Assembly: GCA_963735805.1 (NCBI GenBank)
Contig: CAVTMK010000001.1
Span: 224,001-288,000, forward strand
Direction of reading: 5' to 3'
Origin: an uncultured Verrucomicrobiae bacterium
Lineage (GTDB): Bacteria; Verrucomicrobiota; Verrucomicrobiia; Chthoniobacterales; UBA10450
DNA length: 64,000 nt
Notes under the pieces: generated by a model
Told to the model about the DNA's origin: nothing
Database searches by the model: none
What the model saw: the letters and a program-made list of their open reading frames with translations, nothing else
Made by a program: the position numbers and the translations under genes
Shown here: positions 1 through 10,700 of the stretch, piece after piece
Position numbering within the stretch: the first letter of the stretch is position 1
Layout: every line of letters starts with the position of its first letter

Positions 1-279
1 AGGGCAGGCTTCGCCCTTAAAATCATCGATCTTAAGTTCTTTCGCGCGCTCGAGAACTTTCGGATTATTTCCGCCAGGCTGACTCAACCCCGCGAGGTCA
101 CCTTTCACGTCAGCCATGAAGACGGGTACACCCCGAGCACTGAAATTTTCCGCGAGCGTCTGGAGGGTGACCGTTTTGCCTGTGCCGGTGGCTCCGGCTA
201 TCAATCCGTGCCGGTTCGCCATTTTCGGCAGCAGGAAGATTTTTTCCTTCGATTCAGCGACGAGGATAGGTTCGGCCAT
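1..279 (-). CDS. DUF853/HerA-like ATPase (YjgR family), 5' part; runs off window start
   Basis: Manual minus-strand translation from ATG at 279: [62 protein letters not shown]. Contains the Walker A motif and the DVKGDL motif of the family. Not in the ORF track because it is truncated. Confidence 0.9.
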   Translation of the reverse strand, partial: MAEPILVAESKEKIFLLPKMANRHGLIAGATGTGKTVTLQTLAENFSARGVPVFMADVKGDLAGLSQPGGNNPKVLERAKELKIDDFKGEACP

Positions 280-352
280 CGTTCAATATAATTCTGACTA
301 ACAGCGCGGCGATTGTCCAGGATTGGTCGCACGCTTCGGACAATGTCCGAGG

Positions 353-775
353 CTACAACTCGCGCTTGCGCCAGGCACCGAGAACAAGGCCACTTATCGC
401 GAAAGCCACGAATGGGCGGCCCATGTCAATAAAAACCAACGGCCACTGGTTGGTTTCAAACGCCGCGAATGCCGAGATTGCAGAGTACTGAACAAACAGA
501 AAGCCAAAAAAACAGATTAGCGCAACCTTTAATCCAGCTACAGCAGTGGAAGCATGCAGTTTGTAGATAAGCCACGCCAACGCGTAGTTCGCGAAGATTG
601 CCGCAACGATCGCAATCAAATACGGCTCCACGCCAAACACGTTTTCGATATCTGTCATAGTGCGAGCGTGATAATTCAGCCAAGCCTCCCCAAACAAAGC
701 GTACCATCCGAGTCCGATAAAAAAATGGACAACGACAAGGATCCAAACCGCGAGATGATGAATCTTATATTTCAT
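353..775 (-). CDS. DUF1761-like membrane protein
   Basis: 140 aa, about 4 hydrophobic helices, IGLGWYALFGEAW motif. Confidence 0.7.
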   Translation of the reverse strand: MKYKIHHLAVWILVVVHFFIGLGWYALFGEAWLNYHARTMTDIENVFGVEPYLIAIVAAIFANYALAWLIYKLHASTAVAGLKVALICFFGFLFVQYSAISAFAAFETNQWPLVFIDMGRPFVAFAISGLVLGAWRKREL

Positions 776-866
776 CCGTTTTCTGATTATCGGGCGGTCG
801 GAATTTGGATTGCAAGCGGATTTACTCGTGAGTCGTTGCTGTCAGCGAATCGGCTGCTGAACAGCG

Positions 867-1331
867 TCAGTAAAGATACGGTTTGGAAAGTGGGAACGCG
901 TTCTTGATGAGTTCAAACCGCGGTTTCGCGTCATCTGCGATGACAACTTCAACAACATCAAACCGGAAAAGAATGTCGGGGTTATCCAGCATTCGCAGCC
1001 AGGCCAGGCCCCCACGAGAAATGCGTTTTCGTTTTTCGCGATCAATCGCTTCGATGGGCCGGCCGAAATCTTCGCGCCCGCGGGTTTTTACCTCGACAAA
1101 AACCAGCGTGTCATTATCGCGACACACGACGTCGATTTCACCGCCGGTGCGACCACGGAAGTTGCGGAAGAGGATTTTGTAACCGTTACGCTTCAGATAG
1201 CGGCACGCCAATTTCTCGCCTAACGCGCCTCGCCGGAGATGACCGGATTTGGGAGAGGTCCTCCAGCGCGAGAAGCGGTTGTGCCACCGGCTCGAAAGAT
1301 CGGCGATGGATTGGGCAAGGGCCGAATTCAT
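867..1331 (-). CDS. yraN: YraN family (UPF0102) endonuclease-fold protein
   Basis: GALGEKLACRYL, RNFR, GEIDVV, LVFVEVKTR and RFDVV motifs. Confidence 0.9.
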   Translation of the reverse strand: MNSALAQSIADLSSRWHNRFSRWRTSPKSGHLRRGALGEKLACRYLKRNGYKILFRNFRGRTGGEIDVVCRDNDTLVFVEVKTRGREDFGRPIEAIDREKRKRISRGGLAWLRMLDNPDILFRFDVVEVVIADDAKPRFELIKNAFPLSKPYLY

Positions 1332-1884
1332 GGAGTTTCAGCAAGTGCAGTTCGGTTCCGTAACCTTTATGCTGCTCAAAGCAATATTGCGGGAATTGCA
1401 GGCAGAAGTCACGCATCATCCGGTCGCGCGTTACCTTAGCGATCACGCTGGCGGCCGCGATGCTCAGACTAAGGCAGTCGCCGTCAACAACGGCTGTTTG
1501 TGGAAACGGAAAAGGAATGACTGGCAGTCCATCGATCAAGACGTGATCGGGCGGGTTCATCAGGGCGGTAATCGCAAGGCGCATCGCCTGCTGGCTTGCG
1601 CGCAGAATGTTGATGCGATCAATCTCAATGGAGTCCACAGCACCGATTGTCCATCGTACTTCTGGATTAGATACCAACTCCAGATAGATCTCATTGCGCA
1701 ATTCCGGCCCAAGTTGTTTGGAATCGTTCAGCCGGCGATGGCGAAATTTTTCAGGAAGAATTACGGCTGCGGCTACAACCGGACCTGCCAGGGCGCCCCG
1801 GCCGACTTCGTCAATCCCGGCAATCTGGGCGGCGCCGGTGGCGCGCAGTTTTTTTTCGTAACGAAATCCGCATCGCCGGTACAT
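1186..1884 (-). CDS. rnhB: Ribonuclease HII
   Basis: AGIDEVGRGALAGPVV, LNDSKQL, IAAASVIAKVTRD, HKGYGT and HRRSF motifs. Confidence 0.97.
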   Translation of the reverse strand: MYRRCGFRYEKKLRATGAAQIAGIDEVGRGALAGPVVAAAVILPEKFRHRRLNDSKQLGPELRNEIYLELVSNPEVRWTIGAVDSIEIDRINILRASQQAMRLAITALMNPPDHVLIDGLPVIPFPFPQTAVVDGDCLSLSIAAASVIAKVTRDRMMRDFCLQFPQYCFEQHKGYGTELHLLKLHEFGPCPIHRRSFEPVAQPLLALEDLSQIRSSPARRVRREIGVPLSEA

Positions 1885-1914
1885 CCGCGCAAATCATTGG
1901 CAAATTTACGCTAG

Positions 1915-2000
1915 TGACAAGTAACATGTGACGAGCGACGAGAAAAAGATGAGAGCTGCGAAGCGCGCCAGGTTTCGCTCGTCACTTATTACTCTCTCAC
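1915..2000. repeat. Inverted pair of degenerate heptamer tandem repeats
   Basis: Left arm GTGACAA GTAACAT GTGACGA GCGACGA; right arm TCGCTCGTCACTTATTACTC, which overlaps the rplS stop. Confidence 0.55.
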
Positions 2001-2330
2001 CGCTGTTGCTTCCTTGCCCTTACGGGTCCGAAGATAATTTAGCCTGGCGCGACGGGCGCGGCCTTTTTGCTCCACCTCTACTTTTGCGATGCGCGGCGAA
2101 TGCAAAGGAAACACACGTTCAACGCCTTCGCCGTAGGATATCCGGCGCACGGTGAAGGTTTCATTGAGCCCCCGGCCCTTGCGCCCAATAACGATGCCAG
2201 TAAATATCTGGACTCGTTCCTTGTCGCCTTCTACCACACGGGTATGAACGCGCACACTGTCCCCGACAGAAAACGGCGTCACATCGCTTTTATGCTGTTC
2301 TTTCTCAATGGCGTCGATCATCTGATTCAT
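1989..2330 (-). CDS. rplS: 50S ribosomal protein L19
   Basis: [42 protein letters not shown] and RARLNYLR motifs. Confidence 0.98.
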   Translation of the reverse strand: MNQMIDAIEKEQHKSDVTPFSVGDSVRVHTRVVEGDKERVQIFTGIVIGRKGRGLNETFTVRRISYGEGVERVFPLHSPRIAKVEVEQKGRARRARLNYLRTRKGKEATAVRE

Positions 2331-2507
2331 GGAAATTCCCCCTCCTGCCCGCTCGGGCGGGCAAACAGTTTCCAGCAGGATAGGTAAAATTGCAACCGCT
2401 CACCGGATCATTTAGCGATTTGACAAGTCGGAGATTTAGCGACCCGCCGACTGACAAAATCCTTGAATCGCTAACACAATAGATTGCGGTATGTTTGGGA
2501 TTCCATC

Positions 2508-2581
2508 GCGCCCGTAGTTCAACTGGATAGAACGACGGCCTCCGGAGCCGTAGGTTGCGCGTTCGAGCCGCGCCGGGCGCA
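2508..2581 (+). tRNA. tRNA-Arg (anticodon CCG); CCA not encoded
   Basis: Acceptor stem GCGCCCG/CGGGCGC, D-arm GTTC AACTGGATA GAAC, anticodon arm ACGGC CT-CCG-GA GCCGT, T-arm GCGCG TTCGAGC CGCGC. Confidence 0.95.
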
Positions 2582-2681
2582 GGGCCTCTGAAAACGCATC
2601 TTCATAGGTAAAATCGACTCATTTCGCAACCTAGGCCATATCAGGTGCGAATCGCCGAAGAAGACGCTCGAAAGCGCAGCT

Positions 2682-3894
2682 TTACTGATTGTTGTTGACC
2701 ACTTGCGGCGCAGATTTGCTCGCTTCGAGCTGTGCGCTCACTTTCTGGATTTGCGCTGCCTGCTCTTTCACTGTCGCGGTGAGAGCCTCCATTCCGGATT
2801 TTAGTTGTGCGATGGTCGCTTGCTGCTCCTCATTTTTGTGGTGCTCTTTGAGGAACTCGTTGAGCAACATCGCGTTCACGGCTTCGTAGCGCACCGTTTC
2901 GGGCTTCCCGTCGGCATCGCACGTCACCAGGTCGGCATTGACCTGGGCCACTTCCTCGGCGATCAGGCCAAAGCCGAGGCAGCGCATCGGATCAATCTCC
3001 TTCTTATAGCGGAAACTGACCGGTTTAAGCCAGAGGATTGCTTCGCTGGCTTTGTCCATCGGCTTGATTTGCTCTTTGTAGCGGCGAGAGGACGAAAGCG
3101 TCCCGATCTTGTCGTCTGAATTGACGTAAACAGCCCGGCCATTCGCCACAGAAGAGTAAATGTTGCGGATGCGGGTGGTGTTGCTCTCACCAGCAACGCC
3201 AGCGCTGCCGATGTCAATATTGTTACTTCCCGTGGTGAGATTTACACCGGCGAAAGCGCCCAACGCGATATTGCCGTTGCCGGTGCTGTTGTTAAAGAGC
3301 GCGTCAAAACCGGTAGCCGTGTTGTTTGAGCCGCTCACGTTCGAGAAAAGGGCATTAAGACCATCAGCGGTATTGTTGTCGCCGTTGTGATTGCTAAAGA
3401 GGGCTTGAAACCCGCTGGCCGTATTATACCTTGCGGTGCTGTTAAAATAGAGCGACAGCCCGCCGGTAGCCGTGTTGTAGTAGCCGGTTGTGTTGTAAAA
3501 GAGCGCTTGCATTCCGGTGGCTGTGTTGCCGTCGCCGGTGGTGTTGTGAAACATCGCGCTAGTTCCGGTGGCGGTGTTGTCCCATCCAGTGCTGCTAAAT
3601 CTGAGCGCGTCCCATCCGGTGGCCGTGTTGTAGAGGCCGGTGGTGTTGCTATTGAGCGCTTGCATTCCGGTGGCCGTGTTGGCGCTGCCGCTGGTGTCGC
3701 TATACAGCGCCTGATAGCCGATCGCCGTGTTGCCCCCGCCGCCCCCCCAGACTGAAGAGAGCATCAGTACCCTCAGCGGTGTTGTAGTTCTGATACCCTC
3801 CGTCCGGTGGTGGATCGACCGCTTGCGTGTTTTGGACGAGCGCAAAACAGACAAGTGCAAATGTGATTAGAACTGGTGGGATGTTTGGTTTCAT
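2682..3894 (-). CDS. Secreted repeat protein with C-terminal S74 intramolecular chaperone ('tail fibre domain') and coiled coil; split by a +1 frameshift in the G7 tract at 3742-3748
   Basis: The signal peptide MKPNIPPVLITFALVCFALVQNTQA-VDPPPDGGY (ATG 3894) is in one frame. The 17-aa NTAxGxxAL repeats, SSRRYKEQIKPM, LKPVSFRYK, GLIAEEVA and VRYEAVNAMLLNEFLKEH are in the next. Removing one G gives a full 17-aa first repeat. Confidence 0.85.
3208..3783 (-). repeat. About 11 coding tandem repeats of 51 bp / 17 aa (NTATGxxALxxNTTGxx)
   Basis: Consecutive units such as NTATGMQALNSNTTGLY, NTATGWDALRFSSTGWD and NTATGTSAMFHNTTGDG. Confidence 0.9.
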
Positions 3895-3988
3895 TATGAG
3901 GGAGTTTCGGAAAAATCTCGCCAGCTTGTCGAGGCAATTCCCAGCAAGCGCGATCACTTTAGCCATCTTCCCGACTTCTCCGCGCACA

Positions 3989-5755
3989 TCAGCCACTCAA
4001 CAACCGCCGCTCCGCTTTGTAAGGGAACACTTCTGGAATTTCACCAGCTCGGATTTGGCGCTGGACGGTCCGCCAAAAATCGGCCCTAAAAATCTCAGGG
4101 TGATGTTCGAGCAGCGCCGCCAGTGCCGGCTTTGGGAAAGCCAGAAATTGCAAAAATTCCTCGGGAAAAATGTCGTTCTCACGCACCGAGAACCACGGTT
4201 CGGCGGCAATCTCATCCTCCGGAGTCCGCGCTTCGGGGAGTTTGCGAAAATGGCAATCGGTAAGGAAACAAAGCTCATCGTAATCGTAAAAGACGACGCG
4301 ACCGTGTCGGGTCACGCCAAAGTTCTTCGTGAGCAAATCTCCCGGGAAAATGTTGGAGGCAGCAAGGTCTTTGATCGATTGCCCGTATTCGCGTCCGGCA
4401 GCGGCGATCGCCTCCGGCTCCTTTTCCCGAAAAAACACGTTCAGCGGGCGAAGCCGACGCTCCACATAGGCGTGCGCGATGATGACGTCGCCGCTTTCAG
4501 TCTTCACAATCGAAGCGGCATCGCGCAAAAGTTCAGCGAGCAGCTCGGAGTCGAACCGGTCCGCGGGGATGCGCAAATGTTCGAACTCATGCGCTTCGAC
4601 CAATCGTCCGGCGCGGTCATGTTCAAACACTAACCGGTAACGCCGCCGCACATCCTCACGGGTACTATCTTTCGGCAAATCAAATTGATCTTTGATCAGT
4701 TTAAAAACGACGTCGTAGCTCGGGAGCGTGAAAACGCTCATTACCATTCCCCGAGCTCCCTCGGCTACGACGAAACAATCGTTAGACCTGCGCAGATGGG
4801 CTATGAAATCGCGGTAAAATTCCGTTTTACCGTGGCGATGAAAACCAATGGCGTTATAGAGATCAATCAAACGTTTGCGCGGCATCAATTGCTGAAGATA
4901 ACGCACAAGCCGATACGGACATTCAACCGTGACCCGGAAATAAGAACGTGTAAACGAAAACAAAAGTGCAAGGTCGACATCTCCATGCAGCAGTGCATCG
5001 AGGATGATACCGCGCTCATTTTCGTGACGAAGGCAGAGCGCGATCGGTAAGGGCTGCTCTCCTTTGCGCAGGACGCGTCCCACCAAATACGCGCCGCGTC
5101 CACGGTAAAAAACGTTCGGGAGAATCTCCAATTCGGGCTGCGAGTTTTTCGCCGGTCGATCAGCTTCAAGACGCGCCGCGGCTAGTTTAGCTGTTACCCG
5201 CACGTCGTCCCAGCTTTCGTCAAAAGCATCCATCAACGCCGAACACAGCAGTTCGGGGAGCCCCTGGTCACGATAAGTTCTAGCGATGGTAACCGGGGCG
5301 CCAGGCGGCGGAGCGTCGAAATCGGTATCGACAAATTCGATTGCCTGGTCCACGCCGGCGGTGTCAAAAACGCGACGCGTTAACGAATTGAAAAAGGTTT
5401 CGGCGATTTCCCACGCCGGCAAGCGCGCGATAAGCGATGAGTAAACAGCTTTGATTCCTCTCCAGATACTGTGTTCCGGTAAACGCACCCCCATCAATTC
5501 ACGAATGCGACTGGTCAGATCGTCGAGAACGTCGTTGTAAAAATGCAGGCGCTCGGCCGCGTCATCAAAACTGCCGGCCCAATCGCGTTCCACAAAACGT
5601 TCACGCGCGCGCCGCGTGATCGCGTCGAAGCGTGTTTGGTAGTCAAAAAAGGATTCGAGCGCGGTTTCGGCGCAACGCGCAGCAAGACGACTGTCTGTCA
5701 GCGCCGAAAATTCCTGCGCAACGTTTTCGCTGGCGATCGTCGATCTTGCATTCAA
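3989..5755 (-). CDS. aceK: Isocitrate dehydrogenase kinase/phosphatase
   Basis: [74 protein letters not shown]. The TTG start at 5755 overlaps the aceA stop (TTGA). Confidence 0.95.
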   Translation of the reverse strand: MNARSTIASENVAQEFSALTDSRLAARCAETALESFFDYQTRFDAITRRARERFVERDWAGSFDDAAERLHFYNDVLDDLTSRIRELMGVRLPEHSIWRGIKAVYSSLIARLPAWEIAETFFNSLTRRVFDTAGVDQAIEFVDTDFDAPPPGAPVTIARTYRDQGLPELLCSALMDAFDESWDDVRVTAKLAAARLEADRPAKNSQPELEILPNVFYRGRGAYLVGRVLRKGEQPLPIALCLRHENERGIILDALLHGDVDLALLFSFTRSYFRVTVECPYRLVRYLQQLMPRKRLIDLYNAIGFHRHGKTEFYRDFIAHLRRSNDCFVVAEGARGMVMSVFTLPSYDVVFKLIKDQFDLPKDSTREDVRRRYRLVFEHDRAGRLVEAHEFEHLRIPADRFDSELLAELLRDAASIVKTESGDVIIAHAYVERRLRPLNVFFREKEPEAIAAAGREYGQSIKDLAASNIFPGDLLTKNFGVTRHGRVVFYDYDELCFLTDCHFRKLPEARTPEDEIAAEPWFSVRENDIFPEEFLQFLAFPKPALAALLEHHPEIFRADFWRTVQRQIRAGEIPEVFPYKAERRLLSG

Positions 5756-7002
5756 CAGAACTGTTCCGCTTCCGTCGAGCCGCACAACGCCGTGGTCGAG
5801 CTTTTGCCGTCGGCGATAATTTGAGAGACGAGATCGAAGTAACCGGTACCAACCTCGCGTTGATGTTTCGTTGCCGAGTAACCGTCGCGTTCGGCCGCGA
5901 ATTCCGCCTCCTGCAATACCGCATACGCGGCCATGCCATGGTCGCGATAATCGCGCGCCAAGTTAAACATGCTGGCGTTCAGCGCGTGAAACCCAGCGAG
6001 CGTGACGAACTGAAATTTGTAACCCATCGCGCCGAGCTCGCGCTGAAATTTTGCGATGCTGGCGCTGTCGAGTTTCTTTTTCCAGTTAAACGACGGCGAA
6101 CAATTGTAAGCTAGTAACTTGTTAGGAAATCTTGCGTGCACGTTCTCGGCGAATCGCTTTGCTTCCGCCAGGCTCGGTTCGCTTGTTTCGCACCAGATCA
6201 GATCGGCAAACGGCGCGTAACTTTGCCCGCGCGCGATCGCCTGATCGAGTCCGGCGCGCACGCGAAAGAAGCCTTCCGGAGTTCGTTCGCCGGTAAGAAA
6301 TTCGTGATCGCGCTCATCCACGTCGTTCGTTAGAAGGGCGGCGCCGTTCGCGTCCGTGCGCGCGATCAGGACCAATGGCACGTCGCAAACATCGGCCGCC
6401 AGGCGCGCGGCGATAAGATGCTTGATGGCAGTGCCCGTCGGCACTAACACCTTGCCGCCCATATGGCCGCATTTTTTCTCGCTGGCGAGTTGATCTTCGA
6501 AATGCACGCCAGCTGCGCCGGCTTCGATCATTGCCTTGGTTAATTCGAACACGTTGAGCGGTCCACCAAACCCGGCCTCGCCGTCGGCTATGATGGGCGC
6601 AAACCAGTCGATGTCCGCCTCCCCTTCGGCGTGGTAAATTTGATCGGCACGCTGAAAGACTTGATTGATTCGCCTAACGAGAGCCGGCACGCTGTTCGCC
6701 GGATACAAACTTTGATCGGGATACATTTGCCCGGCCAGGTTTGCGTCCGCGGCCACCTGCCAGCCACTGACGTAGATTGCCTTCAACCCTGCTTTGACCT
6801 GCTGCATCGCTTGATTGCCGGTCAGGGCACCGAGGGCAGCTACGTAATCTTCGTTGTGCAACAGTTGCCAAAGTTTTTCCGCGCCGCGTCGCGCCAGCGT
6901 ATGTTCGATGCGCACACTACCGCGCACCCGCTCCACGTCTGCCGACGAATACGGTCTTGTTATGCCGCGCCAGCGCGCGTCGATCTCAGTTGAGTTTCTC
7001 AT
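5752..7002 (-). CDS. aceA: Isocitrate lyase
   Basis: KKCGHMGGK active-site motif; [21 protein letters not shown]. Confidence 0.98.
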   Translation of the reverse strand: MRNSTEIDARWRGITRPYSSADVERVRGSVRIEHTLARRGAEKLWQLLHNEDYVAALGALTGNQAMQQVKAGLKAIYVSGWQVAADANLAGQMYPDQSLYPANSVPALVRRINQVFQRADQIYHAEGEADIDWFAPIIADGEAGFGGPLNVFELTKAMIEAGAAGVHFEDQLASEKKCGHMGGKVLVPTGTAIKHLIAARLAADVCDVPLVLIARTDANGAALLTNDVDERDHEFLTGERTPEGFFRVRAGLDQAIARGQSYAPFADLIWCETSEPSLAEAKRFAENVHARFPNKLLAYNCSPSFNWKKKLDSASIAKFQRELGAMGYKFQFVTLAGFHALNASMFNLARDYRDHGMAAYAVLQEAEFAAERDGYSATKHQREVGTGYFDLVSQIIADGKSSTTALCGSTEAEQFC

Positions 7003-8593
7003 AACCTGGTAACGTTAGAAATTCCGCGAACTCATCGTCGGTGGTCATCTTGTCGAACAAGTCGCGCGCGATTTCGAATTTTCCTTTGGCGAAGCGATCG
7101 GGACCGATTGCTTGCTCAATTTTCTCCAGTTCTTCCGCCAACACTTCGCGAAATAGTTTCTTCGTCACTTTGCGGCCGTCGCTCAGTTTTCCGTCGGGAT
7201 GTCGAATCCATTGCCAGATTTGCGCGCGAGAGATTTCCGCGGTGGCGGCGTCTTCCATCAAATTGAAAATCGGGACCGCGCCATTACCGCGCAGCCAGGC
7301 CTCAAGATACTGCACGCCCACGCTGACGTTCGTGCGCAATCCTTGTTCGGTGATTGGGCCGCGCGGCCCGAAATCGAGCAGGTCTTTTGCACGAGGATCG
7401 ATATCGTCGCGTTGGCGCGCGATTTGGTTAGGCTGCGGCATCAGGCGATCGAACGCCTCAGTCGCCAGCTGAACCATCCCTGGATGCGCCACCCACGTTC
7501 CATCGTGACCATCGCCAGCTTCGCGTTCCTTGTCCGCGCGCACTTTGGCGAACGCTTCTTCGTTTGCGCTCGGATTGTTCTTCACTGGAATTTGCGCCGC
7601 CATTCCGCCCATCGCGAAAGTTTTCCGGCGATGACAAGTCTTGATGCAGAGCAACGAATACGAATGCATGAAATGCGTCGCCATTGTAATGACCGCGCGA
7701 TCGGCCAGCAGGAAATCCAGTTTGCTTCGAAATTTTTTGATACAGGAAAAAATGTAGTCCCAGCGACCGCAGTTGAGCCCGGCAGAATGCTCGCGCAGCT
7801 CGTAAAGAATCTCGTCCATCTCGAACGCGGCCGGAATCGTCTCGATAAGAACCGTCGCACGGATTGTGCCTTGTTGAATGCAAAGCTCGTCCTGAGCCAG
7901 TTTAAAAGCGTCGTTCCAAATGCGCGCTTCCAGATGGCTCTCCATTTTTGGCAGATAAAAATACGGGCCACTCCCGCGCGCGATCAGTTCTCTGGCGTTG
8001 TGAAAAAAATATAGACCGAAATCGAAAAGTGCTCCGGCGACCGGCTCGCCATCTACGAACATATGTTTCTCGACCAGATGCCAGCCACGCGGTCTGACGA
8101 ATAGCACCGCAGTGCGTTGATTCAGCCGATATTCTCTCCCCTGCGGGTTCGTGAACGTGATCGTCCGCCGGATGGCGTCGCGCAAATTGATCTGGCCTTC
8201 CACCATGTTGGCCCAAGTCGGCGCGTTCGCGTCTTCGAAATCGGCCATAAAAACTTTCGCCCCAGAATTGAGCGCGTTGATCACCATTTTGCGATCGGTT
8301 GGCCCCGTGATTTCGACTCGACGATCCTGCAAATCGCGCGGAACTGGCGCGCAAATCCAATCACCGTCGCGAATGTGTTTGGTTTCAGTGAGGAAATCCA
8401 GCGACTCGCCACGGTCAAATGCCTGTTGTCGGTCTTGTCTATTTTGGAGACACCCGCGGCGTCGCGATTCAAACGCGCGATGCAATTTCGCGACAAACGA
8501 CAGCGCTTCCGGCGTGAGGATTCCGTCGTAACCGCTTGCGATCGCGCCGGTGATTTTCACTCCGTCAGAAATATCGCGGACTGATTGGACCAT
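6986..8593 (-). CDS. aceB: Malate synthase A
   Basis: [41 protein letters not shown] and [12 protein letters not shown] motifs. Confidence 0.97.
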   Translation of the reverse strand: MVQSVRDISDGVKITGAIASGYDGILTPEALSFVAKLHRAFESRRRGCLQNRQDRQQAFDRGESLDFLTETKHIRDGDWICAPVPRDLQDRRVEITGPTDRKMVINALNSGAKVFMADFEDANAPTWANMVEGQINLRDAIRRTITFTNPQGREYRLNQRTAVLFVRPRGWHLVEKHMFVDGEPVAGALFDFGLYFFHNARELIARGSGPYFYLPKMESHLEARIWNDAFKLAQDELCIQQGTIRATVLIETIPAAFEMDEILYELREHSAGLNCGRWDYIFSCIKKFRSKLDFLLADRAVITMATHFMHSYSLLCIKTCHRRKTFAMGGMAAQIPVKNNPSANEEAFAKVRADKEREAGDGHDGTWVAHPGMVQLATEAFDRLMPQPNQIARQRDDIDPRAKDLLDFGPRGPITEQGLRTNVSVGVQYLEAWLRGNGAVPIFNLMEDAATAEISRAQIWQWIRHPDGKLSDGRKVTKKLFREVLAEELEKIEQAIGPDRFAKGKFEIARDLFDKMTTDDEFAEFLTLPGYEKLN

Positions 8594-8758
8594 AATCAAA
8601 GGCTGGAATTTTTAGGGGGCATCTAATCGAGCCGTTTGGCGCAGTTGGTAAGGTGCAGTGCCTGCTCGGACTGCACGCTGCGAGGCGGGTGTCCGCACCA
8701 ATTTTCAAAACACAAAATTTTCTATTGCGAGTCGATTCGGTTCGACTAGCAGCCTGCC

Positions 8759-9016
8759 CTAAGCCGTTGCAAGGCCCGCGCGGATCACAGCTGATATCAG
8801 GATTGAAGCAAGCGCACCCTCATCGCGACGATTTTTGAGTTGCTTTCGCGTATTCGTGAATGCGTCATGTGTTAGCACGACTGCTTGCCTGGGATCATCG
8901 GTCAATCGAGAAGCAAAGCTGTAAACAGCAGGATAGTAACGAGCGACCAAACTATCAAAACGTGAAGTTTTCGCTTTAATTGGTGACTTGCTTTTTTTGA
9001 TCAGCGGCAATCTCAT
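8759..9016 (-). CDS. Small protein resembling sigma-70 ECF region 2 only
   Basis: FDSLVARYYPAVYSFASRLTDDPRQAVVLTHDAF resembles ECF region 2 (AEDLxQExF-like). 85 aa, no region 4. Confidence 0.55.
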   Translation of the reverse strand: MRLPLIKKSKSPIKAKTSRFDSLVARYYPAVYSFASRLTDDPRQAVVLTHDAFTNTRKQLKNRRDEGALASILISAVIRAGLATA

Positions 9017-9175
9017 ATGGGGGATTTCTCCAGTTCACCTCATTCTACGGGAATGACGGACCGAAGTTCTCACAATATCAGTTACCTCGGCGCAAAGTGC
9101 TGCCGAGTAGCGAGTTTGACCCTAATCGCAACGCGCTTATGCTGGGTGACAAGAGCTTCTTTTGGAGGAATCACC

Positions 9176-10267
9176 ATGTTGAAACAATCGTTCGTTACCC
9201 TTGTTATCTCGGCCTTTGCAGGCGGAATCCTGAGCGCGCAGGAACTCTCGCCAACGCGTCTTCATCAACCGACGCTGACTCCTCAGAATAGCGGCACTAT
9301 TAATGGCCTGATCGCGGTGTGGCCAGTTAATCCGCAGGTAGTCTGGGCATCTGGTCGCGCCGGCACGTTCACCGTTACCACTGACGGCGGACAGACGTGG
9401 AGAGCCGGCGTAGTCCCGGGCGCAGAAGCACTACAATTTCGCGATGTGCAGGCCTTCAGCGCTAGCGTTGCCTACCTGATGTCCATAGGAACATCCGGTG
9501 ATCCAACAGATTTTCGCATCTATAAGACAGAGGACGGCGGCGCGACCTGGACGATTCAGTTCGAGAATCAGAACCCGAACGCCTTTTACGACGGCTTCGC
9601 GTTCTGGACGCCGCACCGAGGCATTGCTCACAGTGACTCGGTGAATGGAGTATTTCCGGATCTACGCACTACCGACGGGACAACGTGGCAGGATATCAGT
9701 AACAATATGCCGCCGGCGCTGCCGGGCGAAGCCTCCTTTGCATCAAGTGGTACTTGCGTCACCACACAAGGCGGGCGCAACGCATGGATTTGTACTGGTG
9801 GATCGGATATTGCCAGGGTTTTAGCTACCAGAGACGGAGGCGACACTTGGAATGCGTACGACACTCCGTTGGTAAGCTCGCCCAGCGCAGGCGCCTTCAC
9901 GATCGATTTTCGTGATCCACACCACGGTATCGTCGGCGGCGGTGATTTGGATCCAAACGATCCCAACAACGCGCGGACAGCAACTTCAAGCGATGGCGGT
10001 CAAACCTGGACTCTTACCAACCCTCCGCCCGTGACGGGAGCTATTTTCGGATTGAGCTACGTGGGGCAGACCGGTGGCGGTGTGGGAGACAACGGTCGCG
10101 CAGTGGTAATCACGGCCAACGATGGAGGCGCAGCGTGGACGCCCGATGAAGGAAACACATGGTTCACGCTGCCTGGCGTGAGCGGCTTCTGGGCCGTAGC
10201 TTTTGCAAGTCCGAAGGCCGGATGGCTTGTGGGCACGGACGGTCAAATTTTTAAGATCAGCTTCTAA
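9176..10267 (+). CDS. Secreted BNR/Asp-box repeat beta-propeller protein (YCF48/sialidase-like)
   Basis: GGAGG SD before ATG 9176; signal peptide; repeated TxDGGxTW Asp-boxes. Confidence 0.85.
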   Translation: MLKQSFVTLVISAFAGGILSAQELSPTRLHQPTLTPQNSGTINGLIAVWPVNPQVVWASGRAGTFTVTTDGGQTWRAGVVPGAEALQFRDVQAFSASVAYLMSIGTSGDPTDFRIYKTEDGGATWTIQFENQNPNAFYDGFAFWTPHRGIAHSDSVNGVFPDLRTTDGTTWQDISNNMPPALPGEASFASSGTCVTTQGGRNAWICTGGSDIARVLATRDGGDTWNAYDTPLVSSPSAGAFTIDFRDPHHGIVGGGDLDPNDPNNARTATSSDGGQTWTLTNPPPVTGAIFGLSYVGQTGGGVGDNGRAVVITANDGGAAWTPDEGNTWFTLPGVSGFWAVAFASPKAGWLVGTDGQIFKISF

Positions 10268-10366
10268 CGGCCTAGGTTTCGGGTGCGACGCTCGCCAGCT
10301 AATGGCCAAAGGTCGCGACGACTCGCAGCACTTTCGCTATTTGCTTGAAATTCTTGAAAAATTTCT

Positions 10367-10696
10367 TCAGGCCAATGCGTCGATTCGAGTCAATAGATCT
10401 TTCTTACTTGTGACCCCGGTGATTTGATCTCGCAGCTGGCCGCTCTTGAAAAACAGCAAAGCCGGAATGGCTCGAATATTATACTTGAGCGAAAGGCTCT
10501 GGTTCTCATCTACGTTAACTTTCGCGACTTTCACTGAACCTGCTTTTTCTCTCGCAATTTCATCCAGCAACGGTGCGATCATCTTACAGGGACCACACCA
10601 TTCTGCCCAAAAATCGACGATTACAGGCTTGTCGTCCTGCGATACTTCATGGTCAAAATTCGACTCATCCAGTTTAATAACAGCTGAATTATCCAT
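10367..10696 (-). CDS. trxA: Thioredoxin
   Basis: DFWAEWCGPCKMIAP motif. Confidence 0.97.
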   Translation of the reverse strand: MDNSAVIKLDESNFDHEVSQDDKPVIVDFWAEWCGPCKMIAPLLDEIAREKAGSVKVAKVNVDENQSLSLKYNIRAIPALLFFKSGQLRDQITGVTSKKDLLTRIDALA

Positions 10697-10700
10697 AGCT

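Noticed and set aside
3208..3783. Regularly spaced repeats that look CRISPR-like or DGR-like
   Set aside because: They are 51-bp in-frame coding repeats with no unique spacers, no cas genes and no reverse transcriptase in the window.
2508..3990. Genomic island or prophage at tRNA-Arg
   Set aside because: No integrase, no duplicated tRNA 3' end seen, and housekeeping genes resume immediately.
3827..8584. Long plus-strand ORFs (e.g. 3827-4633, 7199-8014)
   Set aside because: Antisense shadows of aceK/aceA/aceB with no recognisable motifs.
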